Below are positions 24,589 to 36,427 of a stretch of DNA of 64,000 bases, in pieces. The position numbers and the translations under genes were made by a program. This stretch comes from Adineta vaga (taxonomy: Eukaryota; Animalia; Rotifera). The stretch lies in contig CP075492.1 of the NCBI GenBank assembly GCA_021613535.1, positions 1,922,001-1,986,000 on the forward strand, read 5' to 3'. The notes below the pieces were generated by a model, which saw only the letters and a program-made list of their open reading frames with translations, made no database searches and was not told the DNA's origin. Every line of letters starts with the position of its first letter. The first letter of the stretch is position 1.

Positions 24589-25502
24589 TAGACGACCTAC
24601 GTTTGCTGAAGACTTCTCTTTGTTTGATTGTACTACCACAGTTTTAGAGCTTCGAAAAGCCATGGTAACGCACTCATTCAAAAGAACCCTTGTAACCAGG
24701 CTGATGCAAAGAAGTTTATACCGCTACGAAATTTTGGCATACGAAAGAAAATATTTTCACGTATATTTAGAGCTAAGATGATAGGGTGAGTGAGTACGAG
24801 GTCTGTTCTTTGAAATTTTTTATCTTCTAGAAGCTATCGCTAGATGATTGCGGTAACGCACTCAGTATGGTTTTTAAAACCATCAGGTATTGAAAATTTA
24901 CGAATAAATTCGTCTTTTAAACAACTTCTGTGCAATTCTGACGGCAGTTATAGGCGTACATAAGTATGTGGGAGTAAGTCTAGATAACGACCTGTGGATG
25001 GGTATGAGTTAGGGGTGGGACATTTACGTTTATTTAAAATAAACATAAACGGTTTTCGTTAACGTTAATATTAACGGTTAACGGAAATTACGAAAACCGT
25101 TAATCGTTAATTTACACTTAATTAATTGGTTAATGGGTAAAGAATGATCATACATTAATTTAAATATTAATTATATATCATTTAATATTAGACTTTTTCA
25201 TAAGAAAATCGACGTCCATGGAATAGCTATTTTATCACTGAATGTAAGAAACTTAGTACAAACGGGTGCATGAAATTATCATAAATGCATTAATGCACTT
25301 TCATATTGAATGATGCTGGTGAACTATTGTCTATTAGATACACTACAAAAGTCATGCATGAAGTAATAAGATAAAACGACTCTTTACGAAAAAACTTCAT
25401 TGCATGTTATGGTTGTGTGGCGAATAAACTTGAAATACTTTCGAACTTCTGTAAGTGACATGATTCTACATATAAAATAGTCTGTATGTTTGCTAGTTAT
25501 AA

Positions 25503-25554
25503 ATCTTGAGGGTGTGGGTGTCTCTTCTCTATTCACACCCACACCCACCCTCAA
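25503..25554. repeat. Telomere-derived fold-back patch (type example)
   Basis: ATCTTGAGGGTGTGGGTG-TCTCTTCTCTATT-CACACCCACACCCACCCTCAA. Confidence 0.95.
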
Positions 25555-25754
25555 AATGAAACAGTGCACATGGCACTGGTAACTTCTCCCTCGTCTATAT
25601 CCTCACCTGCACCCATACCTATGCCCACACCCTCGCTGTTGCCACACACTAACCTCCCTTTTTACAGCGCCATCTTTTACACCCCCAATTTGAGTGGTCA
25701 ATCGCCACAAAGGTTGTTCAGAATAAAGTCGCCTTTGTCTGCTATGCCTATATA

Positions 25755-26690
25755 ATGAGGAAGCAATCTCAGAGTTATTTCATTCCACTTCCAACCATTC
25801 AATTATCCAATTCTTCTATGATGCAACAACCATCAACAACAACTACAACATCATCATCAAGCATCAGCATGAGTACTTGTACTCGGGCGACGCAAACAGA
25901 CGGGTTGTCTTCAACAGCCGAATTATATCAATTGGCTGCCCATCTACATCGCTTGACAGGCGAATTGGTACGTGCATGTCAGGCTCAAAATGAAGCACAA
26001 CAGGTCACTGAAATGACCATGAATGTTGTTGTTGCACCAGCAGCACGTGAGTACTAAACTTTTGTGTGTAATAGCATAGATAATGTTCGTTTTTCTAGAA
26101 ACAGCTGTTGTCGAAATAGCAACCGTTCACAGCCTCAGCCTTGACGACGTAAATGTGGACTGTATGGTCGTCGTATCTCAAATGTCGAAGAGGCTCGAAC
26201 AAATGATAAACATGGATGAGTCCGTAACAACACCAACACCCATCTCATCACCACGTCCCCTCTCAATCCGCCCATGCCAATCGCCTCACCAGTTTTGGTC
26301 ATACCACAACGCGCAAATAATAGCACAATTGCCCAACGCCTTTCGTTGGAGCCGCGCCCACGCAAGACGCCTCAACAATTGGGCGTTGAAAAATAAAAAA
26401 ACAAGAAAAAGAAAACAGTTAAAACGGGAAGAAAAATAACAAAAAGAAAAACAAAATCAAATGAAAACAAAGTTAAATTACCAAGAGGTAACGTCAATAT
26501 TGACAAGCATGTCAGGGATTATCTTGACTCATTGATTGGTGGTCAGCCAGGTCCGGTGGAAGAAGATGTTTTGGATTTGACACCAAATCCAAATTTGGAT
26601 GTTGCATTTGATGGCTTATCGAATTCAAGTAGCGACGATTCATTCGCTACAGCCAACATGCTTGATGATTCCATCATCGAATGCTACTGA
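25755..26690 (+). pseudogene. Hypothetical Ser/Thr-rich, Lys-rich protein gene with one intron and a probable frameshift near 26430
   Basis: Intron 26047-26098 (GTGAGT..CTAG) joins ORFs 25755 and 26083. An acidic tail ..VRDYLDSLIGGQPGPVEEDVLDL..IECY* continues in another frame. Confidence 0.5.
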
Positions 26691-29684
26691 AGTTGGCTTT
26701 TTCTCGTTTGTAAATATTATTTGATATTCTTTTGTATTCTGTTGTTTATGTTCTTTTTTCTTTATTGTGTTACTCATTGTTAATCAAGCTAATTTTGTTT
26801 TGTTTTTTCTCTTTCAATAAAGTAGAAAGTGTGCTCTCGTACATTAGAGCCCTGTCGTGAAATTCGCTAATGATTATCAAGTTGGCATATGTTTAATGGA
26901 CGTTGAAGATCGTATTAATAATTGAATTCTTACTATAAATTATTTGATATGCTTCAGCACACATAATTATTCATCGTTTTAACTGATCCTTGAAGATGCG
27001 TAACATTTACTAACGTTTGGGCAAAGTAAAGAAGAGCATGATGTTGTAAAAACATAATCTTCTCTATAAATATAGACTAAATAAAAATTATATATGTGAA
27101 TCATTACTGCCAACCAAGTTTGAATTATACAATGTTAATTTGTCACAAAATAAGTTTAACAAGCTTATCCATATATAATAAAGGGTCATTATCCAATTAA
27201 TTGATGTGTGTAAGCCTTTGAGGATTGAAAAACTATATGTGAGTTCGTTTACACTTCTTCAAAAACAATATCGTACAGATCAGTCGAGTAGTGAAACGCG
27301 TTTAGTACATAATTTCTTTGATGGATTTTGTTACACTTTAGGTGCTGTAATCATTCAAAAGCAAATGATTCGATCTTCAAAGAGTTCAAAAGGTTTTATA
27401 TAACATTACAATTCGATTTGATCTATAGATGAAGTGTCCGATGTAACTTTAAAAGTCATCTGTTAAAATAAATTATCCTATTGTCTACAATTGTTATTGT
27501 GTTATTCTTTTAAACAACTTCAGTCAATCAGACAAATAGATTTCTTTTATTCTATTCAAAGTACAAAATGGTTCAACAATTCAAATTAATCTATTCTACT
27601 CACTAATTCATAAATAGATTTGACTTTTTAATATATGACTACATTTTAAATGAGCGAGAAAACACTTTGATAAATCATATCTCACAAACTCGCTCATATT
27701 AGTAGTTTTTATGGTTTAGTAAGTAATTTTTAAAGTGTTACAGACTTATTTTATCATAATGTGACACATTTGAAATGTCTTTGAAATGGTGCAAAATATC
27801 TCATGAAGAGTTAACTTCATTGATAAATGACAACAGAAATAGCTTGTTTTCCTGAACCTAAAGAAACAACTGTACATCTCATTGAAATCTTGATGTTTTA
27901 TAAAAATATTGAGTAATTCATATTGATTCTTATTTTTAATCTTTCATTATAACAGACATGATCGTTTTTTTAATTTTTAAAACAATCTTTGATCAATAAT
28001 GACTGATATTACGTTTTCATCCTGGTTCAACTATATTTATAAAGTTCCTGTTTTCTAGTAGCTAAAAACGAATCCAATGTATGTATTTAATTTTTATTCC
28101 ATTCTATATCTATTTCTCTTTCGTCGTTCTCTCCATAGTTTATATAATTCATAGAAATCGATGTATATATATATGTCACAGTTCACATGAGAATTCAGTT
28201 GAAATTGGAATGCGCGAAAAAAATAGACAAAAACAAGAGAAACGAAAATTAAATATAGACTGAGATTCAAAAATGAAGAATAGAATGAAAATTAAATAGA
28301 TTTATTCATCAATAAATCTATCTGAATCGAAAGGAATATTATAAATGGATTTTCATAAAGAAACATTTTCTCATTTATACCGTTTTCTTTTTATCAAAGA
28401 ATAGTTTCATTTTCGCTATATTTGTAAGATTATACATAGACTATATTTATAAGGATTCCATTTGATTGATAATAATAAATGAATAATTCATAAAAGAGTG
28501 TGTTTCAAAATATTGTTATGTAAGAAATCTAAGTGACACAATCACTTTATTTTATATTCTCTTAGTAGATGTTCGTTCCTACAAAACGAAGATTTAGCGA
28601 TAGCCCTATGATAATCTTTTTAAATTAAGTTATTAAATTCTTTGTTTCATGTTTAACTTGTCAAATTATGTAGAAATATTTACTTCATTAACCAATTGTA
28701 ATCCCTGCCTTTTTTACCTCCTACTCGAAATCATTTCGTCTAAACTATTCCAAATTTATTTTGATTTCAATGGGCACTAAAAAACGATATTCCTATTCCT
28801 CAAACTGAACTGCTTTATTTCTCGTTTTAATTTATGTTGCCATTTTCATCAGCTCTCTGCTCGTAATGTTTTCAAACTTCTCTAAATTTTTATCAATACC
28901 TAAAGTAGTGTACCACTCATTACATTCTATTTCTAGTTAGTCAATAAAAAATATTTAACAAAACCTCTATTTTCTAAAAAAATCTGAGAGATAATTCATT
29001 TTTCATCCATATAATTTATGCTTCGCAAATACTTATTCTATGCATACAAACATATTTTTTTATACATTGAAATATTCGGAAGCAGTTTCACCTATATTCT
29101 AAATAAGAAACTGCAGAAAACTAATTTTCAAAAAAGGGAAAGAGAAAGATTTATTTTGAATCAGTGTCAAATATACCGTAACAGGAAAATTAGGTAGGAG
29201 AAATATTTCTCTTAATACAAAACGAAAGAAAATTCTATGTGCCGTATTTCTCACCTAGAAAAGAAAACTATTTTTTCTACGAAAATCTCTATCTTTCAAT
29301 ATAAAATTTAATGTCCCGCATGTCCCACACATTAGAAAAATCTGTCTACTTTTACGAAAATCAGTCTCTACTTTTTATACAAAAATCAACATCCTCTTTA
29401 TAAAACAATTATTTAACGATTCATAACTTAATTAAATAAACTACAATTATTTTCGTTAATATACAATTATCAATTCTATTTCTCCTCTCTACTAATAAAA
29501 ATATATATTTAGATAGTATTTTTCTATATTCCAATCTCAACTAAATTCCCTAACCGACTGCCACATATATATAGAGGGACTGATCCATATTCCATCACCA
29601 TTTTGAATTGTTTTAGTAGAATTCCAATATCTCTGCTTTGCTGCATCCGTTTGAGCTGATTTTTGGACAGTGAAATAGAAGAAA

Positions 29685-29747
29685 CTTGAGGGTGTGGGTG
29701 TGAATAGAGAAGAGACATCCACACCCACACCCACACCCCTCAAGATG
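29685..29747. repeat. Telomere-derived fold-back patch (type example, opposite orientation)
   Basis: CTTGAGGGTGTGGGTGTG-AATAGAGAAGAGA-CATCCACACCCACACCCACACCCCTCAAGATG. Confidence 0.95.
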
Positions 29748-30246
29748 GTGTTCATCGTACTTGTATAATTGTTATCAGATGGTTTGGTCGTTAGTTGATT
29801 GCTACACTCAATCATCTTTGTGAACAATGAATTCTTCCTCTATAAATTTGTAACACTAATAAATGTTGTTTCAGTTTTCTAAGTCATGACTATAAAAAGT
29901 CTTTCAAACTTTAAGCTTAATTCATTGAGAGTTATTTTCACATTGATACGATGCAGATTTTATGTATTTCATATATCACAAACTCCACTAAATACTTTAC
30001 ATTATCTGGGTGTGGAATACAAAGAATGTCCACACCCACACTCATTCTATGGTGAAAAAGAATTTCTTGTTAAGAACGATTTGATTTCACTGAGATCAAT
30101 CTGTAAAACAATGTATGAATAAGACAGTATATTAATGAGTATGTCATGTTTCAATGGTATCTCCACGTCATGACTGTTGGCGTCCTCTTAGCAGTGAATC
30201 ACTCAAACAAAATCCTCCAATCCGTCTCTATTGATAAACACTGGAT

Positions 30247-30720
30247 GTGGATAGACTTGCACAGATATTGACTAACATTCCTTTGACGTCTATTTTACTT
30301 ACGATGATAACATATATGGCTCGATTTTTGTCAGTTTTATATGGATATGCAACTGGAATGGCTTTATACCGTCGTGACAATTGTGAACGTAACTATTGGC
30401 ACATGGTCAAGGTCAATGTCACAGCTTTGATGGATGAATTTGTAGAAGTATTAGAGGAAATTTGGTATTTTCGATGGGGAGCTTTCTTCTTGGAGATGTG
30501 TGATGTTTGGCATACTCTTGTTGTTTTGTTCATTCGAACATTGTTGCCAAAATTTCTTCAGCAGTCGAAGTGGATCTGGCTGATGGCATTCTTCATAGCT
30601 GGTGGAATTACACCTTGGAAACACGGTGCCCGTTATGTTGATCAGGGATGCATTCGTAATGCGAGACACTGTCAACAGGGAGATCATAAGTGTTCCAATA
30701 GTAAATATCTAACAAAATGA
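30247..30720 (+). CDS. Hypothetical membrane protein or fragment
   Basis: 157-codon open frame with hydrophobic segments. No family recognised. Confidence 0.35.
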   Translation: MDRLAQILTNIPLTSILLTMITYMARFLSVLYGYATGMALYRRDNCERNYWHMVKVNVTALMDEFVEVLEEIWYFRWGAFFLEMCDVWHTLVVLFIRTLLPKFLQQSKWIWLMAFFIAGGITPWKHGARYVDQGCIRNARHCQQGDHKCSNSKYLTK

Positions 30721-31250
30721 AATATTCACCGGATGTGGGAGTGGGTGAGGGTATAAGGCGAAAAGGATAATATCGCCCACATCCACACCCATACTCTCAA
30801 GGTTGAAAATGATCGTTTAAGATAGAAAAATACCAATAAAACTTCGTTTAACCAATTCAAACTACAGATTATATTTGATTAGAAATAGTATTGAAACTCT
30901 CGAGATCAATTTAATTATTCATATCTTATTATCTAGTTTTTTTTAAATACGACATATGCATATCTCATCTAAAAGTATTTTCTTTGTTATTAATCGCGAT
31001 GTGAAAAGAAAAGAGAAAGAAATATTTGTCAATACTCGCACATATCAACATCACTAAAGAGGTGTGGATGTGGATATGGATAAAGAAGAGATCAGTACCC
31101 ACACCCACACCCAACCTCAACTATGACGTGTGTGAACATACAGAGCAGAACTCCACGCCCACACACTTAAGATGGGATTTTTTATGCATATAAAGTAGGT
31201 GAAAAATACTCTCGGTAATCGGATGCTTTAGCGAATTTGATTCATCGTTT

Positions 31251-31332
31251 CGCATGCTTAGCGGGAGGTCGTGGGTTCGATCCCCACCGGCAGTGCTCTT
31301 ATCTGCCGTAGCTCAATTGGTAGAGCACCTAC
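31251..31332 (+). other. tRNA-derived sequence with halves in permuted order (3' half before 5' half)
   Basis: GAGGTCGTGGGTTCGATCCCCACCGGCAG (T arm and acceptor 3' strand) precedes CTGCCGTAGCTCAATTGGTAGAGCA (acceptor 5' strand and D arm). Confidence 0.75.
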
Positions 31333-32139
31333 AACTAGAATTCGAATCGCGCGCCCATCTATTTTTTTTCGTTTTGTTCCAGCCTATGTACTAGAATGTG
31401 AAGATTATCTTAGAAACTTTTTTCAAGGGTAGCGGTAGTTCCTCAATTTGCAGATTGTATTTGCTGCACAACAAATCTGTGCGAGTAGTCTGAGATGCAA
31501 TAGTATATATTTATCATATTTTCCTTTTCTTTCGCGTTTCATGGCCACCTAACAGCAAGAAACCACGCCTCCCTAGGTGAAACAACGTAATTGCACAAGA
31601 AGAAATTTGTTGTTTTGGAGAAGAATCGGCAAAGTGAATCACACTTTCTTCTGTAGTACTGACGAAGCATGCATTGACGAGAGTTTATTAGGGTAGCATG
31701 AATTTCGCAGTACTGACTTCCGCAGTTGACTTTCGCCAATAGGCTATAGTCCAGTTTTGATACGACCAAAGTCCCAAAAAAATCAGACTTTAAGCAATAT
31801 AAGATTGCTTCATCAAAGGATGTATCTGATGCCTTATTAGTGACCAGCTACTATAAGTTGAATATTTTTTAACCGATGGAACTTAGTTGCTGTATGAGTA
31901 ACTTCAAGCTAATTGTAGAAGCTATTCAAATATTACGCTATTTAAGATCACATGGAAGCACTTATGCCAGGTAGCTATAAATAAATAGTCCAACATCACA
32001 CACTTATGATTTCCTAGATATAATAGAAATAGAATTTGTGATCAGAAGCAATACTACGACGGCTCATATTCAGTCGATTTCTTATTAGATAGTTTAAAAA
32101 AAATAATACCACTGTGTTTTCCAGCGCTCAGTGGCTAAT

Positions 32140-32203
32140 CATCTTGAGGGTGTGGGTGTGAGCAATGGATGAGAAGAATACCCCACACTCACACCCACAT
32201 CCT
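32140..32203. repeat. Telomere-derived fold-back patch capping the 5'-truncated Athena-like element
   Basis: CATCTTGAGGGTGTGGGTGTG..GATGAGAAGAATA-CCCCACACTCACACCCACATCCT. Confidence 0.9.
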
Positions 32204-33192
32204 AGTGTAAATATGCGACATATTCGTGAATATGCTCGTCTATTAGATAAGATGTTGTATTTACAATTACAACAAGCATTATGGAAAGAATATTATACTA
32301 TTGGTAGTTTACCAGATGGTGTATGGGCATCTGAAGTACAAGATAAAATCAAGCGTCAAGAGACAGCAAATCATTCTATTTCGATAGATCCATTGTCGTT
32401 TGTTACTCGATATCAGACACAAATCGAAGAACAATTACATACGACAGAAAATGAATTGAATAGACATTTGAATCGTATTACATATGTTATTGGACAGCCG
32501 TCACAAGTTCAACCGATTGATCTATCAGTAATGTTAAAAGCATTTATTCGACGAGGTCAACATAAATTAAATGCTGAATTTGAATGTAAAAAACGATTAC
32601 TTCATTTTGACTATCAAGATCATCGATTGACGAAAGCATTTTTTGATTTAAAACCTACAAGAAAACAAGTATGTGAACAGTTCGAAAGAATTCTTTATTT
32701 GTCTTTGTCTTTGTACAGATTCAATCGGCTAAGAAGATTTGGTCTGCTACAATGAAACAACAAATAGCTGAAGAGCAAATAACAATACTTAAACATCGTA
32801 TATTTGCTAAAATATTACCAAAGACATTCGATTCAATAGATCGATCATTATCTTATGTTAACAGAAGTCTGCAAAATGATAACATCGATAAAGATATACG
32901 AGTAACATTAGCAAATCGTCATGATAAAGTTCTTGGACAGTTTAAATTAGATATCATGTCAATTGATATTTCAATAGCAGAAGCTACAGCACGTGGTCGA
33001 ACACATATAGTGGAACAAGAAAAAGAAAAGTTAATATCAAGTCGACATGCTGAGAATGAAGATGAGACGACAATGCATAATATTATTAATGCTATACAAG
33101 CTCGTCGAGAAAGTATTATTAAACGAGCACAATATATTACCGGATGTAAAGTGTCTTTTTTCGACGAAGCTCCGGCGATGCTTACAAATTAA
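32204..33192 (+). CDS. Athena ORF1-like coiled-coil protein (5' end missing)
   Basis: ORFs 32165 and 32752 join in frame through intron 32669-32718 (GTATGT..TACAG): FFDLKPTRKQ|IQSAKKIWSATMKQ. Confidence 0.8.
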
Positions 33193-33218
33193 AACAATAT
33201 CAAAAGCATCGTCGGAGT
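33156..33218 (+). promoter_or_regulatory. Programmed -1 ribosomal frameshift signal
   Basis: In-frame T TTT TTC, 6-nt spacer, then a 15-bp stem GCTCCGGCGATGCTT/AAGCATCGTCGGAGT (2 G:U). The -1 frame is open into the RT ORF at 33237. Confidence 0.85.
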
Positions 33219-35048
33219 AAAACAACAAACTTAATTATGCCTACAACGAATAGTTTACTTCCGTCTTCGGCTATTGTAGAAGTTGCTTCGCCATTTTATC
33301 CAGTACATTTCTTAGTTTTGGCACGAGGACCAAAGTATGTACCGAAGTGTCAAAGTTACTTTGCATTTCGTAATATTGAAGATGTCATTATTCGTGAATA
33401 TGACAGAATGTCAACAATTATCAAGAGGTGTTTAACAGATAATTGTGTATCAGCATCAGATGAACGAGCAAAACTATTTTTTATTTCCTTGAAAAATCTT
33501 CTTGCGGACTTGTACAAAGCCAAATTATCTTCGAAATTATTTCGTCACTGTCGGCAAGAATATAGATTGACAAAAGCTATTCAGCAGAAATTATATTTAA
33601 CACGGCAACAAATTGTTTTACGACGGACGGATAAGAGTAAAGTATTTCATTTGGGCTCATATAATGATTATGAACAGAAAGCATCTATTATGAACAAAAC
33701 TTGTGCTTACGAAGAACTCACCGATGGAAAATGTCAATTAGCTGATAATTTATCATCAGTATTTGCATTACTTGATAGATTATTGAAACGCAAAGCAATT
33801 AATGCTAAGCAATGGTCAACAATGATACCTAATATAAATAAAGTCGAATTAGGACATCTTTATTTCTTCGATGAATGGACCAACGAATAACCTATCGCAT
33901 TTCCTAGATCATCTTATAGGACCGTTATTTGATCATGTAGCAAAAGAAACGACATTTATTAATGGTATTGATCTTGTACGAAAATTAGAACAATATCAAG
34001 AAAATGGTCGTTTATTACCGTCGACTCAGTTTATTACATTTGATGTCGCTGATCTCTATACAATGATACCAAGAAATGGTGCATTAGAGGTATTGGGACG
34101 ATTTCTGGTTAAAATATCGATTGATGCAGTCCTCAAATTGGCTCGTCTTGTATTAGACACAAATTATTTTGTCTATAATAATAAGTATTATCGACAAATC
34201 AAAGGTGGAGCTATGGGTTCAGCATTTACGATGTATTAGCCAATGTCTACATGTTAGAATGGGAACAACCATTGATTGAATTACAATCACAGCAAAGAGA
34301 AATCTATGGAAGGTAAGATATGTATGAATAAACATATAGAAAAGATTTTATCCTCTTTTGTAGATACATCGATGATGTATTCATGACATCGAACATGTCG
34401 ACTGATGTCATAAATGCTAGACTTGATTGGATGAATCAAAAGGATAACAAACATATACAAATTACATATTCAGTTGGTCTTAAAGTTGAATTTCTCGATG
34501 TTCACATTGAGAATCATCATGGTTTATTAAAAACATCAGTCTATCGGAAGCCAGCTGCTGAACCATATATATTACCATATTCATCTGATCATCCTCGGCA
34601 TATACATATGAATATACCTTATGAAGCATTATTAAATGCTGCTCGACTATGTTCAGACGTATATGCATTCGATAAAGAACGATTGGATATTGAAATTAAA
34701 CTTTTATTAAATGGGTATCCTCCACGATTTCTTAAGTATCATTTCAATCGATTGTTTCGACTGAATCAAGTAATGGAAGTCATCACTAAACTAGATGCAC
34801 AACAATATCAAATGTTGCATCAAAACTTATTATATTTACCGACACGACGTGAAAAGAATTATCAACGTCAAACAACAGACAAGAATGATAAATCAATAGA
34901 TAAACTATGGACCAAATATTATGTCTACGAAGGATCGGTTGTTAAAGATGCGCGTGTAATAATAACAGCACTGAGCAATCCATCATTGAATGATTTATTT
35001 GTTCGGAAGAAACCTTCAGCAGCATTATTAACTAAAATGGAATCATAG
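33163..35048 (+). pseudogene. Penelope/Athena reverse transcriptase, frameshifted at ~33880 and ~34235
   Basis: LARGPKYVP, RRTDKS, FDVADLYTMIP, QIKGGAMGS, R|YIDD split by intron 34313-34363, FLDV and VYRKP..EPYILPYSSDHP. Ends VRKKPS..LL with no endonuclease domain. Confidence 0.92.
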
Positions 35049-36294
35049 TCGTCGTCATCCAGGATCGTATCAGAAGAAGAAACTAAATATGAACTATAGA
35101 ACTAAATAAGACTCTTCTCGTTTTAATCGTCTTGTTTTTTTAATATGAGTCTTTCTAGTATAGTTGTTAAACTGATGTAGAATAAAATCATTTGTATGCA
35201 TGGACATGCTCAACTCTTCATATGTTTACTACATGTTCTAGATTTCAAAAATAAATATCTAACCATCAAAGATGCCTTGTCATAAGAAAGGTTCTGAAAA
35301 GGAATCATACCAAGGAGAAGAAATGCAACTGATACAGTGGTCACTGTATTAGATCATAATAAACAACCTGATTCAGCTGAGGAAGTGGCCAGTCGATCAT
35401 CTTCTGCCTTGAAACGACATGAAGAAACGCCACAACATCAAGGCACATCACCTGAGCCAACTCTATCAGGTCAAGCCTCACCGTCGAGATATGCGTCAGC
35501 AAAACAAGGTCAAAACGTAAGATCATTTTCTATTCTATATAAATTCGAATATTAAAGTCGCGTATATATTTTTCTGTATGCAGGATACTCCATTAGTCAC
35601 AGCCAATAGTGAATTCTTTTATACGCCAATATATCGACGATACTTTGGTTTGACTCCGCCAAATCCACGGCTAAATAATCATCGATTATTAGAGGACTAT
35701 ATTGACTGGTATATTAATGTATACATGGAAGAAGAACTGCCGTGGCAATGGGTATGGGAAAAGAGAACTAATAGAAAGAAAATCGTGAGAATAAATGCAT
35801 TTTCTTCTTGTCTAGATCAATGTTGGCAATGCCAAAGAAAGAGTTGAACAAGGCGAAAAAGAAGCAGAAGAAGAAGCAGAAAAATTCGCTTCGCCTTCAA
35901 GAACTACAAAAGAGAAAAAATAAGACACTTAGTCGAAGTAAACAATCAAATGGACAATCTTCAAAGAGACTTTGGTTTTTTCTGTCGTGATAGTCTCTAT
36001 TTGATTTCTTCCGCTTAATAAAAATGAGATGACAAGATGCAGAGACTTTCATATGCATAGCACACTACATAAAAACGAAGCAAATCGAGGTGAAGGCAAT
36101 ACTGTCCTTGGCAATGTAAAGCCGACCGGTTCCTTAGTCTATACTCCTACACTATCAGCTGTTGCCTACTGATCCTTGATCTACTCATACAGTTGAAGAC
36201 CTCAATACATAATATTTCGACAATGCATCAGTTCACTTAGCAATAAAACATATATATTAGTAAACAAAAAACAGTCTTCATGAGTCCTAAAAAC

Positions 36295-36427
36295 AACCGG
36301 TCATGGTAGCTCGAATTCTCGCGGTCAATCAGTATATATTCATCATGCAAACTGAATGACCTCATCACCAGAGAAATTGAAAGCCATCTGATGATACCTA
36401 TGAGCAAGGTCGAAACCGGTTTTGCAT
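36295..36427 (+). ncRNA. Degenerate hammerhead-ribozyme-like cluster
   Basis: AACCGGUC-AUGGU ... GCCAU CUGAUGA UACC..GGUC GAAA CCGGUU. Stems I and III can pair, but the base of stem II is a U-C mismatch. Confidence 0.55.

Noticed and set aside
24010-24681. ORFs inside the CACT element as a transposase
   Set aside because: Short, with no catalytic motifs, and lying in the subterminal repeat region.
24589-24700. Continuation of the Penelope RT beyond the DNA transposon
   Set aside because: The joined frame reads SSANVGRL-QTT, which does not resemble the expected RT sequence, so the RT fragment ends at about the insertion point.
28075-28305. Degenerate AT-rich inverted repeat
   Set aside because: Too diverged and low in complexity to define termini or a TSD.
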